Below, piece by piece: positions 39,704 through 48,477 of a stretch of 64,000 nucleotides of DNA. The DNA comes from a bacterium. Its GTDB lineage: Bacteria > UBA8248 > JACPRG01 > G963555815. Below the pieces are notes generated by a model. It was not told the DNA's origin and did no database searches. It was given only the letters and a program-made list of their open reading frames with translations. The position numbers and the translations under genes are program-made. The number at the start of each line of letters is the position of its first letter. The first letter of the stretch is position 1. The DNA lies in the NCBI GenBank assembly GCA_965261595.1, contig CBDHDG010000005.1:160001-224000 (forward strand), read 5' to 3'.

Positions 39704-40079
39704 GACGTTCACCTACGAGATCGGCGGGCTGTGCGTCGCTCATCTGGGAGACGCGGGCGGAAAGCTGACGACGCGGCAGCTCAAGGAGCTGGGCGTGGTG
39801 GATGTTTTGATGATCCCCATCGGGGGACGGTTCAGCATGGGCCCGGCGATGGCCCGGATCGTGCTTCGGCAGATCAAGCCCCGGGTCGCCATCCCGATGC
39901 ACTATTGGAGCCGTGAAGACCTGTTGGGCGTTTTCCTGGAAGGGTTGCGCCATCGCCGCCACAACGGGTCCGTTATCCGCTTTACGCGGGAGACCCTTCC
40001 CCGAACCATGACCGTCGTTGTCCTGCGGCCCCCCGGCGGGGCGAGCCGTCCGGTGTTCCCCGCTTTGCCGTTTCGGTGA
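39704..40079 (+). pseudogene. C-terminal half of an MBL-fold (Lactamase_B_3-like) hydrolase
   Basis: FTYEIGGLCVAHLGD...VDVLMIPIGG...AIPMHYW; the N-terminal metal-binding motif is absent. Confidence 0.75.
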
Positions 40080-40193
40080 ATCACGGGGGCGGGCCGCCGC
40101 CGGTCGTATCCAAAAAGAGACGTGCGCGCGGTGCGTCGGGCCACTAAAATGATTCCTGGCTTGTGTCAAACCCTATGCGAGAAGGAGGACTCC

Positions 40194-40517
40194 ATGAAGC
40201 GAGTTGTGTGTTCCCTGGCCGTGGTGGTCTTGATGGTCATGGCCACGGGGTGCCGGACGATCGGCCAAGACTTCGATCAGCAGGTCGTCACGCGAATCGA
40301 GAAGGGCAAGACGACCAAGGCCCAAATCCAGGACTGGCTCGGCGCTCCCTACGAAAAAGGCATCCAGGAGGGGCTTGATCTCTGGACGTATACCTTCATC
40401 AAGGCCACCATTTCCGATGAAACCAAGAAAGATCTCTCGATCTGGTTCGAAAAGAGCGGCGTGGTGAATACATTCACGTACACCACAAACTACGCGCCCT
40501 GGCAGGTCTCGAAATAA
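40194..40517 (+). CDS. BamE/SmpA-like lipoprotein
   Basis: AGGAGG SD, lipobox ATGC, GKTTKAQIQDWLGAP...WTY. Confidence 0.8.
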   Translation: MKRVVCSLAVVVLMVMATGCRTIGQDFDQQVVTRIEKGKTTKAQIQDWLGAPYEKGIQEGLDLWTYTFIKATISDETKKDLSIWFEKSGVVNTFTYTTNYAPWQVSK

Positions 40518-40616
40518 CGGCCGGCGTCCTCCGTTGGCGCGCGCGGCTTCCACCCCTTAGCCGATGGTTGGGTACGGCCGCGGAATGCCCTGCCGCGGTG
40601 GGGGAAACGATCCTCT

Positions 40617-41480
40617 TTGTCTCCGATCTTGCTGGCCCTTGCGGCCACAATCCTCTTCTCGTCCACGTTTGTCTGGGCGCGGCGGGGGGTGCTCTACTGC
40701 GACATCCTCCTGGGAACCCTGATCGCGTCCTGGATCAATTTTTTGATCCTGACGGCATGGGTGGCGGCGACGGCCCCGTTGTCGGCTTTTGCCGACAAAC
40801 GAATCCTCATGTTCTTCGGTCTCGGGCTTTTCGTGCCGTCCCTCTCAAGGCTCCTGCTCCTGGCGGCGGTGGAAAAGGTCGGCGCCTCCCGCGTCTCCAG
40901 CCTGCGGGCGATGTCGCCTTTTCTCGCCTCGCTGACGGCCGTCCTGTTCCTGGGCGAGCGGCCGACGCCCTGGAACGTGATCGGGATGATCGTGATCATC
41001 GCGGGCGGGATGATCCTGTCCAAGCCGGGGCGGAAGGAGCGGGTCTGGAGACGCAGGGACCTGATCTATCCGTTGGCGGGGATGGTTCTGCTCGGTTTCC
41101 GCGACGTGGTGATCCGGTATGGCGTGGCGGACCAACCGCATCCCGTCGTGGGCGCCTGGGCGATGCTTCTCAGCTCGGGTGTGGTCATCAGCGGGATCTG
41201 GCTGTGGCGGCGTCCGGCGGGAGAGGGTTTTCCCCCTCTGCGGGGTTGGATTTATTTCGGACTCGTGGGGGGGGTCCTGGGGATTGGCTTCGTGCTCTGG
41301 TTTTTCGCGTTCCAGACGGGCCGGGTCGTTACGCTGTCCCCCATCTCGGGGGCCACCCCGCTGTTCACCCTCCTGTTCAGCGCCATCTTCCTGCGGGACC
41401 TGGAAAGGCTGACCTGGCCCTTAGCGGCGGGGTGCCTGTGCATCGTGCTGGGGGGCGTCCTGGTGGCGCTCCGGATTTGA
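40617..41480 (+). CDS. DMT/EamA-family transporter
   Basis: About 10 TMs; SPFLASLTAVLFLGER, PLFTLLFSAIFL. Confidence 0.88.
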   Translation: MSPILLALAATILFSSTFVWARRGVLYCDILLGTLIASWINFLILTAWVAATAPLSAFADKRILMFFGLGLFVPSLSRLLLLAAVEKVGASRVSSLRAMSPFLASLTAVLFLGERPTPWNVIGMIVIIAGGMILSKPGRKERVWRRRDLIYPLAGMVLLGFRDVVIRYGVADQPHPVVGAWAMLLSSGVVISGIWLWRRPAGEGFPPLRGWIYFGLVGGVLGIGFVLWFFAFQTGRVVTLSPISGATPLFTLLFSAIFLRDLERLTWPLAAGCLCIVLGGVLVALRI

Positions 41481-41510
41481 GAAAGCCTGTAGCCCATTCA
41501 GGCGGCCCCC

Positions 41511-42461
41511 GTGCCGCGTAGCCCCGGGCGTCCGCCCTCCGCTTCGGTGCCGGCCCTGTACGGCGGTCTGCTTGTCGGCGTTGTCGCGGTTTCCGGCTCC
41601 GCTGTCTTCGTCAAGCTCTCCGGTCTCTCGGCGGCCAACATCGCGGCCGGCCGGATGACGATGGCCGTGCTCTTGATGGCCCCGTTCGCCCTGCGCCCGG
41701 CCTGGCGCGCGTGGAAGGATCTCGGCCGCAAAGAGGCCGCCCTTCTGGTCCTGGCCGGGGTCGGTTTGGGCGTCCATTTCGCTGTCTGGGTGGCCTCGCT
41801 CAAGTACATCTCGGTGGCCAGTTCGGTCATTCTGGTGACGACGAGCCCATTGTTCGTTTCGCTCGGTTCACGTTTTTGGCTGAAGGAGCCGCTGTCCCGC
41901 CGGCTGATCGTCGGGATGGTCGTCGCCGGCGCGGGCGCGGCCTGCGTCGCGTGGACGGACGCCCGGGGCCCGGGGCATGGTTTGACCGGAGACCTCCTCG
42001 CGCTGGCCGGGGCGGTCATGTTCTCGGTCTATCTGTTGGCGGGCGCGCGCCTGAGAAAGTCGCTCTCGACCGCCGCCTACACATTTCCCCTTTACGTTAT
42101 TTGCGCCGGGTTTCTCCTGCTGTTGGCCGCGGGGCCGAATCTCGGAGGACTGTGGGAGTTCGCCCGGGCGGATGGGCGGGAGTGGACGCTTCTCCTGCTG
42201 ATGGCGGTCGTTCCCACCCTGATCGGTCATAACTGTCTGAATTGGGCCCTTGGGCGCCTCTCTTCTCCCGTCGTGGCGACGGCGATCCTGGGCGAGCCCG
42301 TTCTGGCGGCGGTCTTCGCGTATTTCTTTCTGGGGGAGGGAATCTCCGCCGGTTTGGCCGTAGGGGGTGGATTGATCCTGGCGGGGGTTTTCGTGGCCGT
42401 CTCCGGGGCGGCGTCGGGGTCGGCCGGGTTCGGTCTTGACCGGCGAATGGGCGGGGACTAA
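41511..42461 (+). CDS. DMT/EamA-family transporter
   Basis: HFAVWVASLKYISVASS, TLIGH..LNWAL, GEPVLA..FLGE. Confidence 0.9.
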   Translation: MPRSPGRPPSASVPALYGGLLVGVVAVSGSAVFVKLSGLSAANIAAGRMTMAVLLMAPFALRPAWRAWKDLGRKEAALLVLAGVGLGVHFAVWVASLKYISVASSVILVTTSPLFVSLGSRFWLKEPLSRRLIVGMVVAGAGAACVAWTDARGPGHGLTGDLLALAGAVMFSVYLLAGARLRKSLSTAAYTFPLYVICAGFLLLLAAGPNLGGLWEFARADGREWTLLLLMAVVPTLIGHNCLNWALGRLSSPVVATAILGEPVLAAVFAYFFLGEGISAGLAVGGGLILAGVFVAVSGAASGSAGFGLDRRMGGD

Positions 42462-42469
42462 GGTTTACC

Positions 42470-43234
42470 ATGATGAGAAGCGGATACGGAAAAACGGACG
42501 GCGCCGGGGGAGGAGGCGGAAAATTTCGCTTCGCGGCTGGCTTGTTCATGGCCTTGTGGGTTGTGTCCTGTGCGGATCAAAGCCGGGAGATTGTCGAGCC
42601 GATCTGGTCGTATCGAATGGAGAAGCCTCCCGCTCCATGGGCGTCGGGCCGGGGGGAGTCCACGTTCGCCGAGATCGATTTGGGCGGGGATTTTTTCTTT
42701 CACAACCTGTACACGGGGGGCCTGATGGTGATTCGGGCCTTCCCGTTGAGTTTCCGCTACCGGCATTTCGAGTTGCCCGATCACGCGCGGCGGATTTATC
42801 GGGCGGTCCTGGAAGGGTGGGGGAACGACATGCGGGCCATCAAGGCCGGCCGGTTCCTCCCGCTGGACCGGGCCTGGACGTTGAATAAGGCAAACGGCCT
42901 GGAGCGGCTGGAGTTTCAGCTTCGCGGAGGGCTTTCCCGGCCTTTGATCGACGAGCTGGCCGAGAAGAAACACATCGAAGACGAGGTGCTCTTCGGCACG
43001 TCGGAAGAACGATTCGGGCCGGAAATCCGCAAAGCGAAGCGAAAACGCATCGAGCGGGAGCAAAGCCGCACCCAGGTTACAAGAGGGGCGCGGGGGAAGT
43101 TCATCCTCATCCTGAAGCGGGGCCGGAATCTGGACATCCTGTATGAATTCGTCTTTCTTGACCATGAGCTGGCCTTCCAAAGCACCGTGAAGGCTTTCAA
43201 CCGGATGGTGAAAAGTTTTCGGGTCCTGCAATGA
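42470..43234 (+). CDS. Hypothetical lipoprotein
   Basis: Hydrophobic stretch ending VVSC; operon-like spacing with neighbours. Confidence 0.6.
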   Translation: MMRSGYGKTDGAGGGGGKFRFAAGLFMALWVVSCADQSREIVEPIWSYRMEKPPAPWASGRGESTFAEIDLGGDFFFHNLYTGGLMVIRAFPLSFRYRHFELPDHARRIYRAVLEGWGNDMRAIKAGRFLPLDRAWTLNKANGLERLEFQLRGGLSRPLIDELAEKKHIEDEVLFGTSEERFGPEIRKAKRKRIEREQSRTQVTRGARGKFILILKRGRNLDILYEFVFLDHELAFQSTVKAFNRMVKSFRVLQ

Positions 43235-43291
43235 GACGGCCGGAGGACGGTGAGGGAAGTCCTCCTTCGGGGGCGTTCGTGAGGAAATCGA

Positions 43292-43969
43292 TTGCGCGTT
43301 CTGGTTGTTGAAGACGAGGCCAAGGTGGCCAGCTTTATCGCCCGCGGCTTGGGAGAAGCCGGGTACACGGTGGACGTGGCGAGCCAGGGGCCCGCGGCGC
43401 TCGAGGAGGCCACGGTCAACGATTACGACCTGATCCTGCTCGACGTGATGCTGCCGGGCATCGATGGCTGGGAGGTCCTGTCCCAGTACCGGGAGGGCGG
43501 GGGGAATTCCCCGGTGATGATGCTCACGGCGCGGAACGCCGTGGAAGACAAGGTTCGCGGACTGGATTCCGGGGCGGACGATTACCTCACGAAACCGTTC
43601 GCCTTGACCGAGCTGCTCGCGCGCGTCCGGGCGCTGCTGAGGCGGGAGGACCGCAAGGCCCCCATTCTGAAGGTGTCCGACCTGGAGTTGAATCCGGCCA
43701 GCCGGGAGGTGCGGCGGGCGGAGAAGAAGATCAACCTCTCGGCGCGGGAATACGCCCTGCTGGAGTATTTCATGCGGCATCAGGACCGGATTCTCTCTCG
43801 CTCGATGGTCCTCGAACACGTCTGGGATTATTCCTTCGACCCCGAGACAAACGTCGTGGACGTCTATGTCAGCTATCTGAGGAACAAGATTGACCGGGGT
43901 TTCGATCCTCCGCTGATCCATACGATGCGAGGCGTGGGTTATCGGTTCGGCCTTCCGGAAAAGGCTTGA
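43292..43969 (+). CDS. OmpR-family response regulator
   Basis: VVEDE, LDVMLPG, GADDYLTKPF, TNVVDVYVSYLRNK, RGVGY. Confidence 0.96.
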   Translation: MRVLVVEDEAKVASFIARGLGEAGYTVDVASQGPAALEEATVNDYDLILLDVMLPGIDGWEVLSQYREGGGNSPVMMLTARNAVEDKVRGLDSGADDYLTKPFALTELLARVRALLRREDRKAPILKVSDLELNPASREVRRAEKKINLSAREYALLEYFMRHQDRILSRSMVLEHVWDYSFDPETNVVDVYVSYLRNKIDRGFDPPLIHTMRGVGYRFGLPEKA

Positions 43970-43995
43970 CGGGGGCGCTGTCAAGGGATGGATGA

Positions 43996-45453
43996 ATGGG
44001 GTCCATGAAATCGCTCAGATTTCGGTCGATGGGTCTCAAGGCGCGCCTGACCCTGTGGTATTCGGGTGTGATGGCGGCGCTCCTGCTTGCCGTCAGCCTG
44101 GTCGTTTACGCGGCCGTCGGCCACCAGCTCCGTTCGAACCTGGATGGTTCGCTCCGGGCCGCGGGAAACGCCCTGGCCGCCTTTGATCGTCCCGACCTCA
44201 CCGCTCCGCCAGAATCGCTCCTGTCAAAGCTCTTCCCGGGTTTGCCCGTGAGCCGGATGTTCGACCGGATGGTTCAGGTCCTGGACCCGGAGGGCGAGGT
44301 TCGGATGCGGCCCTTGTCGCTGGGCGGGACGAAGATCAAACTGAGCGCCCTCGCCCGCCGAAACGCCGCCTCGGGACGGATCACCCTCGAAACCGTCCAC
44401 CCGCCCAACCGGCCGGCCATCCGGGTGTTGACCCAGCCCGTCATCCGGTCCGGCCGGGTGGTCAATTTCGTCCAGGTCGCGGCCTCGTTCGGCGAGGTCA
44501 ACGGGACCCTGCGGCGGCTGGCCCTGATTCTCCTGGCGGTGGTTCCCTCGGCGGTCCTGCTGGCCGGCTTCGGCGGGTGGAACCTGGCCAAGCGGGCGAT
44601 GCGCCCGGTGGACGAAGTCGTCGCCGCGGCCCGGCGGATCACCGCCGAGCGATTGAACGAGCGGATCGCCCGGCCCGACTCCGAGGACGAGATCGCCCGC
44701 TTAGTGGATACGCTGAACGCCATGATCGCCCGCCTGGAGGCGGCCTTCGATCGGGTCCGTGAGTTCAGCGGCGACGCCTCGCATGAGCTGAAGACCCCGC
44801 TGACCATTCTTCGGGGCGAAGCGGATCTGCTCCTGTCCTCCGACCGGACGGTCGAGGACTACAGACGGGGGCTGGGCGTGATCCGGGACGAGAGCGGCCG
44901 AATGGGCGGGATTGTGGAAGACCTGCTGACGCTGGCCAAGGCGGACTTGGGGGCCACACAGCTTCATTTTGCGCCGGTGGATCTGGGGGACCTGGTCGGC
45001 GAGGTCTATGAGAAGGCGAAGACCCTGCCGGAGGTGGACCGGAAGGTGTTTACGCTGAGCAGGCGGGACCCGTTGGTGATCGAGGGGGATGCGGACCACC
45101 TTCGACAGACCGTCATGAATCTGGTCGTGAACGCGTTTCGTTATACGCTGCCCGGGGGCGAGATCGATCTCTCCCTGACCCGAATGAATGGCAGCGCGAT
45201 GATCGCCGTGAAGGACACCGGAATCGGGATCGCCGAAAAAGATATCGGCCGCATCTTCGACCGGTTCTACCGCTCGGCCGAGGCCCGGGAGATGGGCGCG
45301 GAGGGCACGGGACTCGGCCTCAATATCTGTCGGTTGGTGTCGGAGGCCCACGGCGGGGTCATCCGGGTGGAAAGCCACCCGGGGCGCGGAAGCACTTTCA
45401 CCGTCGAGCTGCCCTTGGATCCGGAGGCCCATCCGGAGGATGAGACCGCCTGA
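43996..45453 (+). CDS. Sensor histidine kinase (2 TM, HAMP, HisKA, HATPase)
   Basis: SHELKTPL, NLVVNA, DTGIGI, FDRFYR, GTGLGL. Confidence 0.96.
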   Translation: MGSMKSLRFRSMGLKARLTLWYSGVMAALLLAVSLVVYAAVGHQLRSNLDGSLRAAGNALAAFDRPDLTAPPESLLSKLFPGLPVSRMFDRMVQVLDPEGEVRMRPLSLGGTKIKLSALARRNAASGRITLETVHPPNRPAIRVLTQPVIRSGRVVNFVQVAASFGEVNGTLRRLALILLAVVPSAVLLAGFGGWNLAKRAMRPVDEVVAAARRITAERLNERIARPDSEDEIARLVDTLNAMIARLEAAFDRVREFSGDASHELKTPLTILRGEADLLLSSDRTVEDYRRGLGVIRDESGRMGGIVEDLLTLAKADLGATQLHFAPVDLGDLVGEVYEKAKTLPEVDRKVFTLSRRDPLVIEGDADHLRQTVMNLVVNAFRYTLPGGEIDLSLTRMNGSAMIAVKDTGIGIAEKDIGRIFDRFYRSAEAREMGAEGTGLGLNICRLVSEAHGGVIRVESHPGRGSTFTVELPLDPEAHPEDETA

Positions 45454-45642
45454 ATCGGTCACCCGGAATGGTTTCAGGTCAATCATTTCATCCATCCAAT
45501 CGGGGGAATGCGGAATCGCTTGATGGCGGTGTTTTGTCCATTGAATTGATAATCCATTCTGTTTCAATCAGTTATATGAATTTTATTGCTTCAGTCGCAC
45601 CTGGATCTCCCCCCCAAATCTTTGTTCGCGAATTAGATGATT

Positions 45643-45670
45643 TTAATGTTCTCTTAACTGTCCTCTAATG
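45643..45670 (+). promoter_or_regulatory. Candidate OmpR-type binding site (11-bp periodic direct repeats)
   Basis: TTAATG (45643), TTAACT (45654), CTAATG (45665). Confidence 0.4.
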
Positions 45671-45992
45671 TTGGCGGCCTATATTCAGTGTCGACCATTC
45701 GGAGTGAAGTTGGGGAAAGGGACCTCCCAACCAATCTCCGGCTTAAGAGGGACGCGCGTACTACCTCCCAACGCCTTCCCTCATGGCCAACGGCGGGGGG
45801 CTTACGCCCCCCGCCACTCCCCAAAATATCCGGAATTCGACAACACCCGGAACACGGGTTGGCGGATGACTTTGAATTCGAATGAATATCCGTGCGCATG
45901 CGCTTCACCATTTCCCGGGCGCTTCATCATTTCCAATGTGTTTCAAAGGGGAGACTTCCTTTGACAATCCAGGGTCCCGCTGGAGAGCCAAG

Positions 45993-47474
45993 ATGTTGAA
46001 GAAAATCAGAAAGGTGGTGTGGGTGCCGTTGATGTTGGCGATCCTCCTGACCGGCGCGTTCACGGCCGGAGGTGTTCTGAGGGGCTCTGGGCCCGCGCTG
46101 AACGCGGCCGAAGCCGCCCCCCCGGCCGGGGCGATCGCCGGGCTGCCTTCCTTCCGGGAGCTGGTCGAGCGCGTCAAGCCCACGGTCGTGAACATCCGTG
46201 TGGTTCAGAAGGTGGCGCGGAGCTCTTTCTCCGAGAAGATGCCTTCCCAGGGGCATCCCTTTCAGGAGGGGCCCTTCGGGGACCTGTTCCGCCGCTTTCG
46301 TGACAGGGGGCCGGGCGCGAGACGTCCCACGCCCGATTTCCACCGCCGGGGACTTGGCTCGGGCTTCATTTACAGCCGTGACGGCCTCATTGTGACCAAC
46401 AACCACGTGGTCCGGGGGGCCGACGAGATCCGCGTGACCCTGCACGATGGCCGGACCTTCGAGGCCAAAGTCCTGGGGCGCGATCCCAAAACGGACTTGG
46501 CCCTGTTGAAGATTACGGAAAAGGTCGATCTGCCGGCCGTGACCTTCGGCGATTCCGACGCCCTGGCCGCCGGCGACTGGGTGTTGGCCATTGGAAATCC
46601 GTTCGGCCTCGGCCACACGGTCACCGCCGGGATCGTCAGCGGAAAGGGCCGTTCCATCGGGGCGGGACCGTACGACGATTTCATCCAGACGGATGCCTCG
46701 ATCAATCCCGGCAACTCGGGCGGTCCGCTGTTCAACGTCCGGGGCGAAGTGGTAGGCGTCAATACGGCCATCCTCCCGAACGGACGGGGGATCGGATTCT
46801 CCATCCCCATCAACCTGACCCGCGATGTCGTCGGCTCTCTCAATGCCCGGGGTTATGTGTCGAGGGCTTGGCTGGGCGTTCAGATTCAGAATGTGACGCC
46901 CGGGCTGGCGAAGGCGTTTGGCCTGAAAAAGGGCCGGGGCGCCTTGGTGGCCGAGGTGCTGCCCGACGGCCCCGCCGAGAGGGCGGGCATGAAGCGCGGC
47001 GATGTCATCGTCAGCTTCGCCGGCCGGAAGGTCGACAGCGCCCGGGCGCTTCCCGCGCTTGTGGCCCGCGCGGCCATCGGGAAAGTGGTGAAGGTCCAGG
47101 CTGTCCGAAACAGAAAGAACCGGACGTTCACCGTCTCCCTGGATGAGATGAAGGACGCGGCCCGGAAGGTCTCCCCGGCCAAGAAAACCGGATATCACAT
47201 CGGGGTCCAGGTTCGGCCCCTGAGCGAGGGGGAGATTGCCCAGCTCGGCTTGGAAAAGGGGACGGGCCTGCGAATCGTCTCGGTCGTTCCGGGCAGCCCC
47301 GCCGCGCGCGGCGGTTTGCGGAACGGAGATGTCATCGTCGAGGTGAACGGCAAGCCCGCCGGGAAGGTGGAAATTCTCCGGTCCGAAGCGGCCTCGGCTG
47401 ATAAGGACATGGGCCTTCTCCTGCTCGTGAAGAGGAACCGGGGAAGCCTCTACCTGGCGATTCCCAAGGGCTGA
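45993..47474 (+). CDS. degP: DegP/DegQ (HtrA) serine protease with two PDZ domains
   Basis: TNNHVV, DLALL, QTDASINPGNSGGPL. Confidence 0.93.
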   Translation: MLKKIRKVVWVPLMLAILLTGAFTAGGVLRGSGPALNAAEAAPPAGAIAGLPSFRELVERVKPTVVNIRVVQKVARSSFSEKMPSQGHPFQEGPFGDLFRRFRDRGPGARRPTPDFHRRGLGSGFIYSRDGLIVTNNHVVRGADEIRVTLHDGRTFEAKVLGRDPKTDLALLKITEKVDLPAVTFGDSDALAAGDWVLAIGNPFGLGHTVTAGIVSGKGRSIGAGPYDDFIQTDASINPGNSGGPLFNVRGEVVGVNTAILPNGRGIGFSIPINLTRDVVGSLNARGYVSRAWLGVQIQNVTPGLAKAFGLKKGRGALVAEVLPDGPAERAGMKRGDVIVSFAGRKVDSARALPALVARAAIGKVVKVQAVRNRKNRTFTVSLDEMKDAARKVSPAKKTGYHIGVQVRPLSEGEIAQLGLEKGTGLRIVSVVPGSPAARGGLRNGDVIVEVNGKPAGKVEILRSEAASADKDMGLLLLVKRNRGSLYLAIPKG

Positions 47475-47648
47475 CCGGCCCCGCGAACGGTTGCCTTAAA
47501 CGGATGACCCGGTTGGGATTTTCAGGCGGCGCGGAGACGCGCGGGAGCGTCTCCGCCCGCCGCTTTTGCCACGGACCGAAGGGACCGAATGGTCCGGGGG
47601 ACCGCAAGGTCCGAGGGTCCGAAGGTCGCCCGGCCGGGAGGCAAGGCC

Positions 47649-48263
47649 ATGTCCGATGACGAGACGCCCACGGTCCTGGGGGTTTTATCGGACACCCATG
47701 GGTTCCTGGATCCCCGGGTGTTCGATATCTTCGACGGGGTCGACCACATTCTGCACGCCGGGGATCTGGGGTCGGAGTCCGTGGCCGTCGAGTTGGAGGC
47801 CATCTCGCCCGTGACGGCGGTGGCCGGAAACGTGGACGCGCATCTGCCGCCGGGCCGATTCCCGGCCTTGCGCCTTTTTCAGGCCGGACGAACGATGATT
47901 CTCGTCGTCCATGAAGCCATCGTGCGGGGAAAGCCCCTGCCTGCTGTCGGAGACCATGTGCGCGATCACCGCGCCGATCTTGTCATCTTCGGTCACACCC
48001 ACAAACCCTACGCCGGCTGGCCGGCCCCGGGCGGGGGTGGGAGCGGGGGAGGGGGAGGGGGAGGGGATTGCTTTTTTTTCAATCCGGGAAGCGCGGGCAA
48101 GAAAAGGTTCACCCTCCCGAGAACGGTTGGCCGGCTGGTGGTGGCACCCGGAGGCGGGATCGCCGGCCGGTTGATCTCCCTCGAGGGCCGGACGGAGGAT
48201 GAGAGGGAGTTTGCGGCGCCGGGGCGGGAAGCCGCCGGGCCGGGTGTCGAAACGCTTTCTTGA
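47649..48263 (+). CDS. Metallophosphoesterase (YfcE/MJ0936 family)
   Basis: SDTHG, HAGD, GNVD, GHTH, NPGS. Confidence 0.92.
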   Translation: MSDDETPTVLGVLSDTHGFLDPRVFDIFDGVDHILHAGDLGSESVAVELEAISPVTAVAGNVDAHLPPGRFPALRLFQAGRTMILVVHEAIVRGKPLPAVGDHVRDHRADLVIFGHTHKPYAGWPAPGGGGSGGGGGGGDCFFFNPGSAGKKRFTLPRTVGRLVVAPGGGIAGRLISLEGRTEDEREFAAPGREAAGPGVETLS

Positions 48264-48477
48264 GCGGAACAAAGTCGGCGTCGATCCAAGCGCGCGAGGA
48301 AGAGAGGCGGGGGAGGGGGGCGCGATTCGCGGCCGCCGGCCCGTCCCGAAGACAAGCGCGAGCGGGCGGCGGGAAATCCGGGTCGAACCTTGTCATCCAT
48401 GGGCGGCCGGACTACTGTAAAATACCATTCACCTTTGACTCCGGTTGGATGTCCAAGGCATCAGGGGGAGGAGAACG

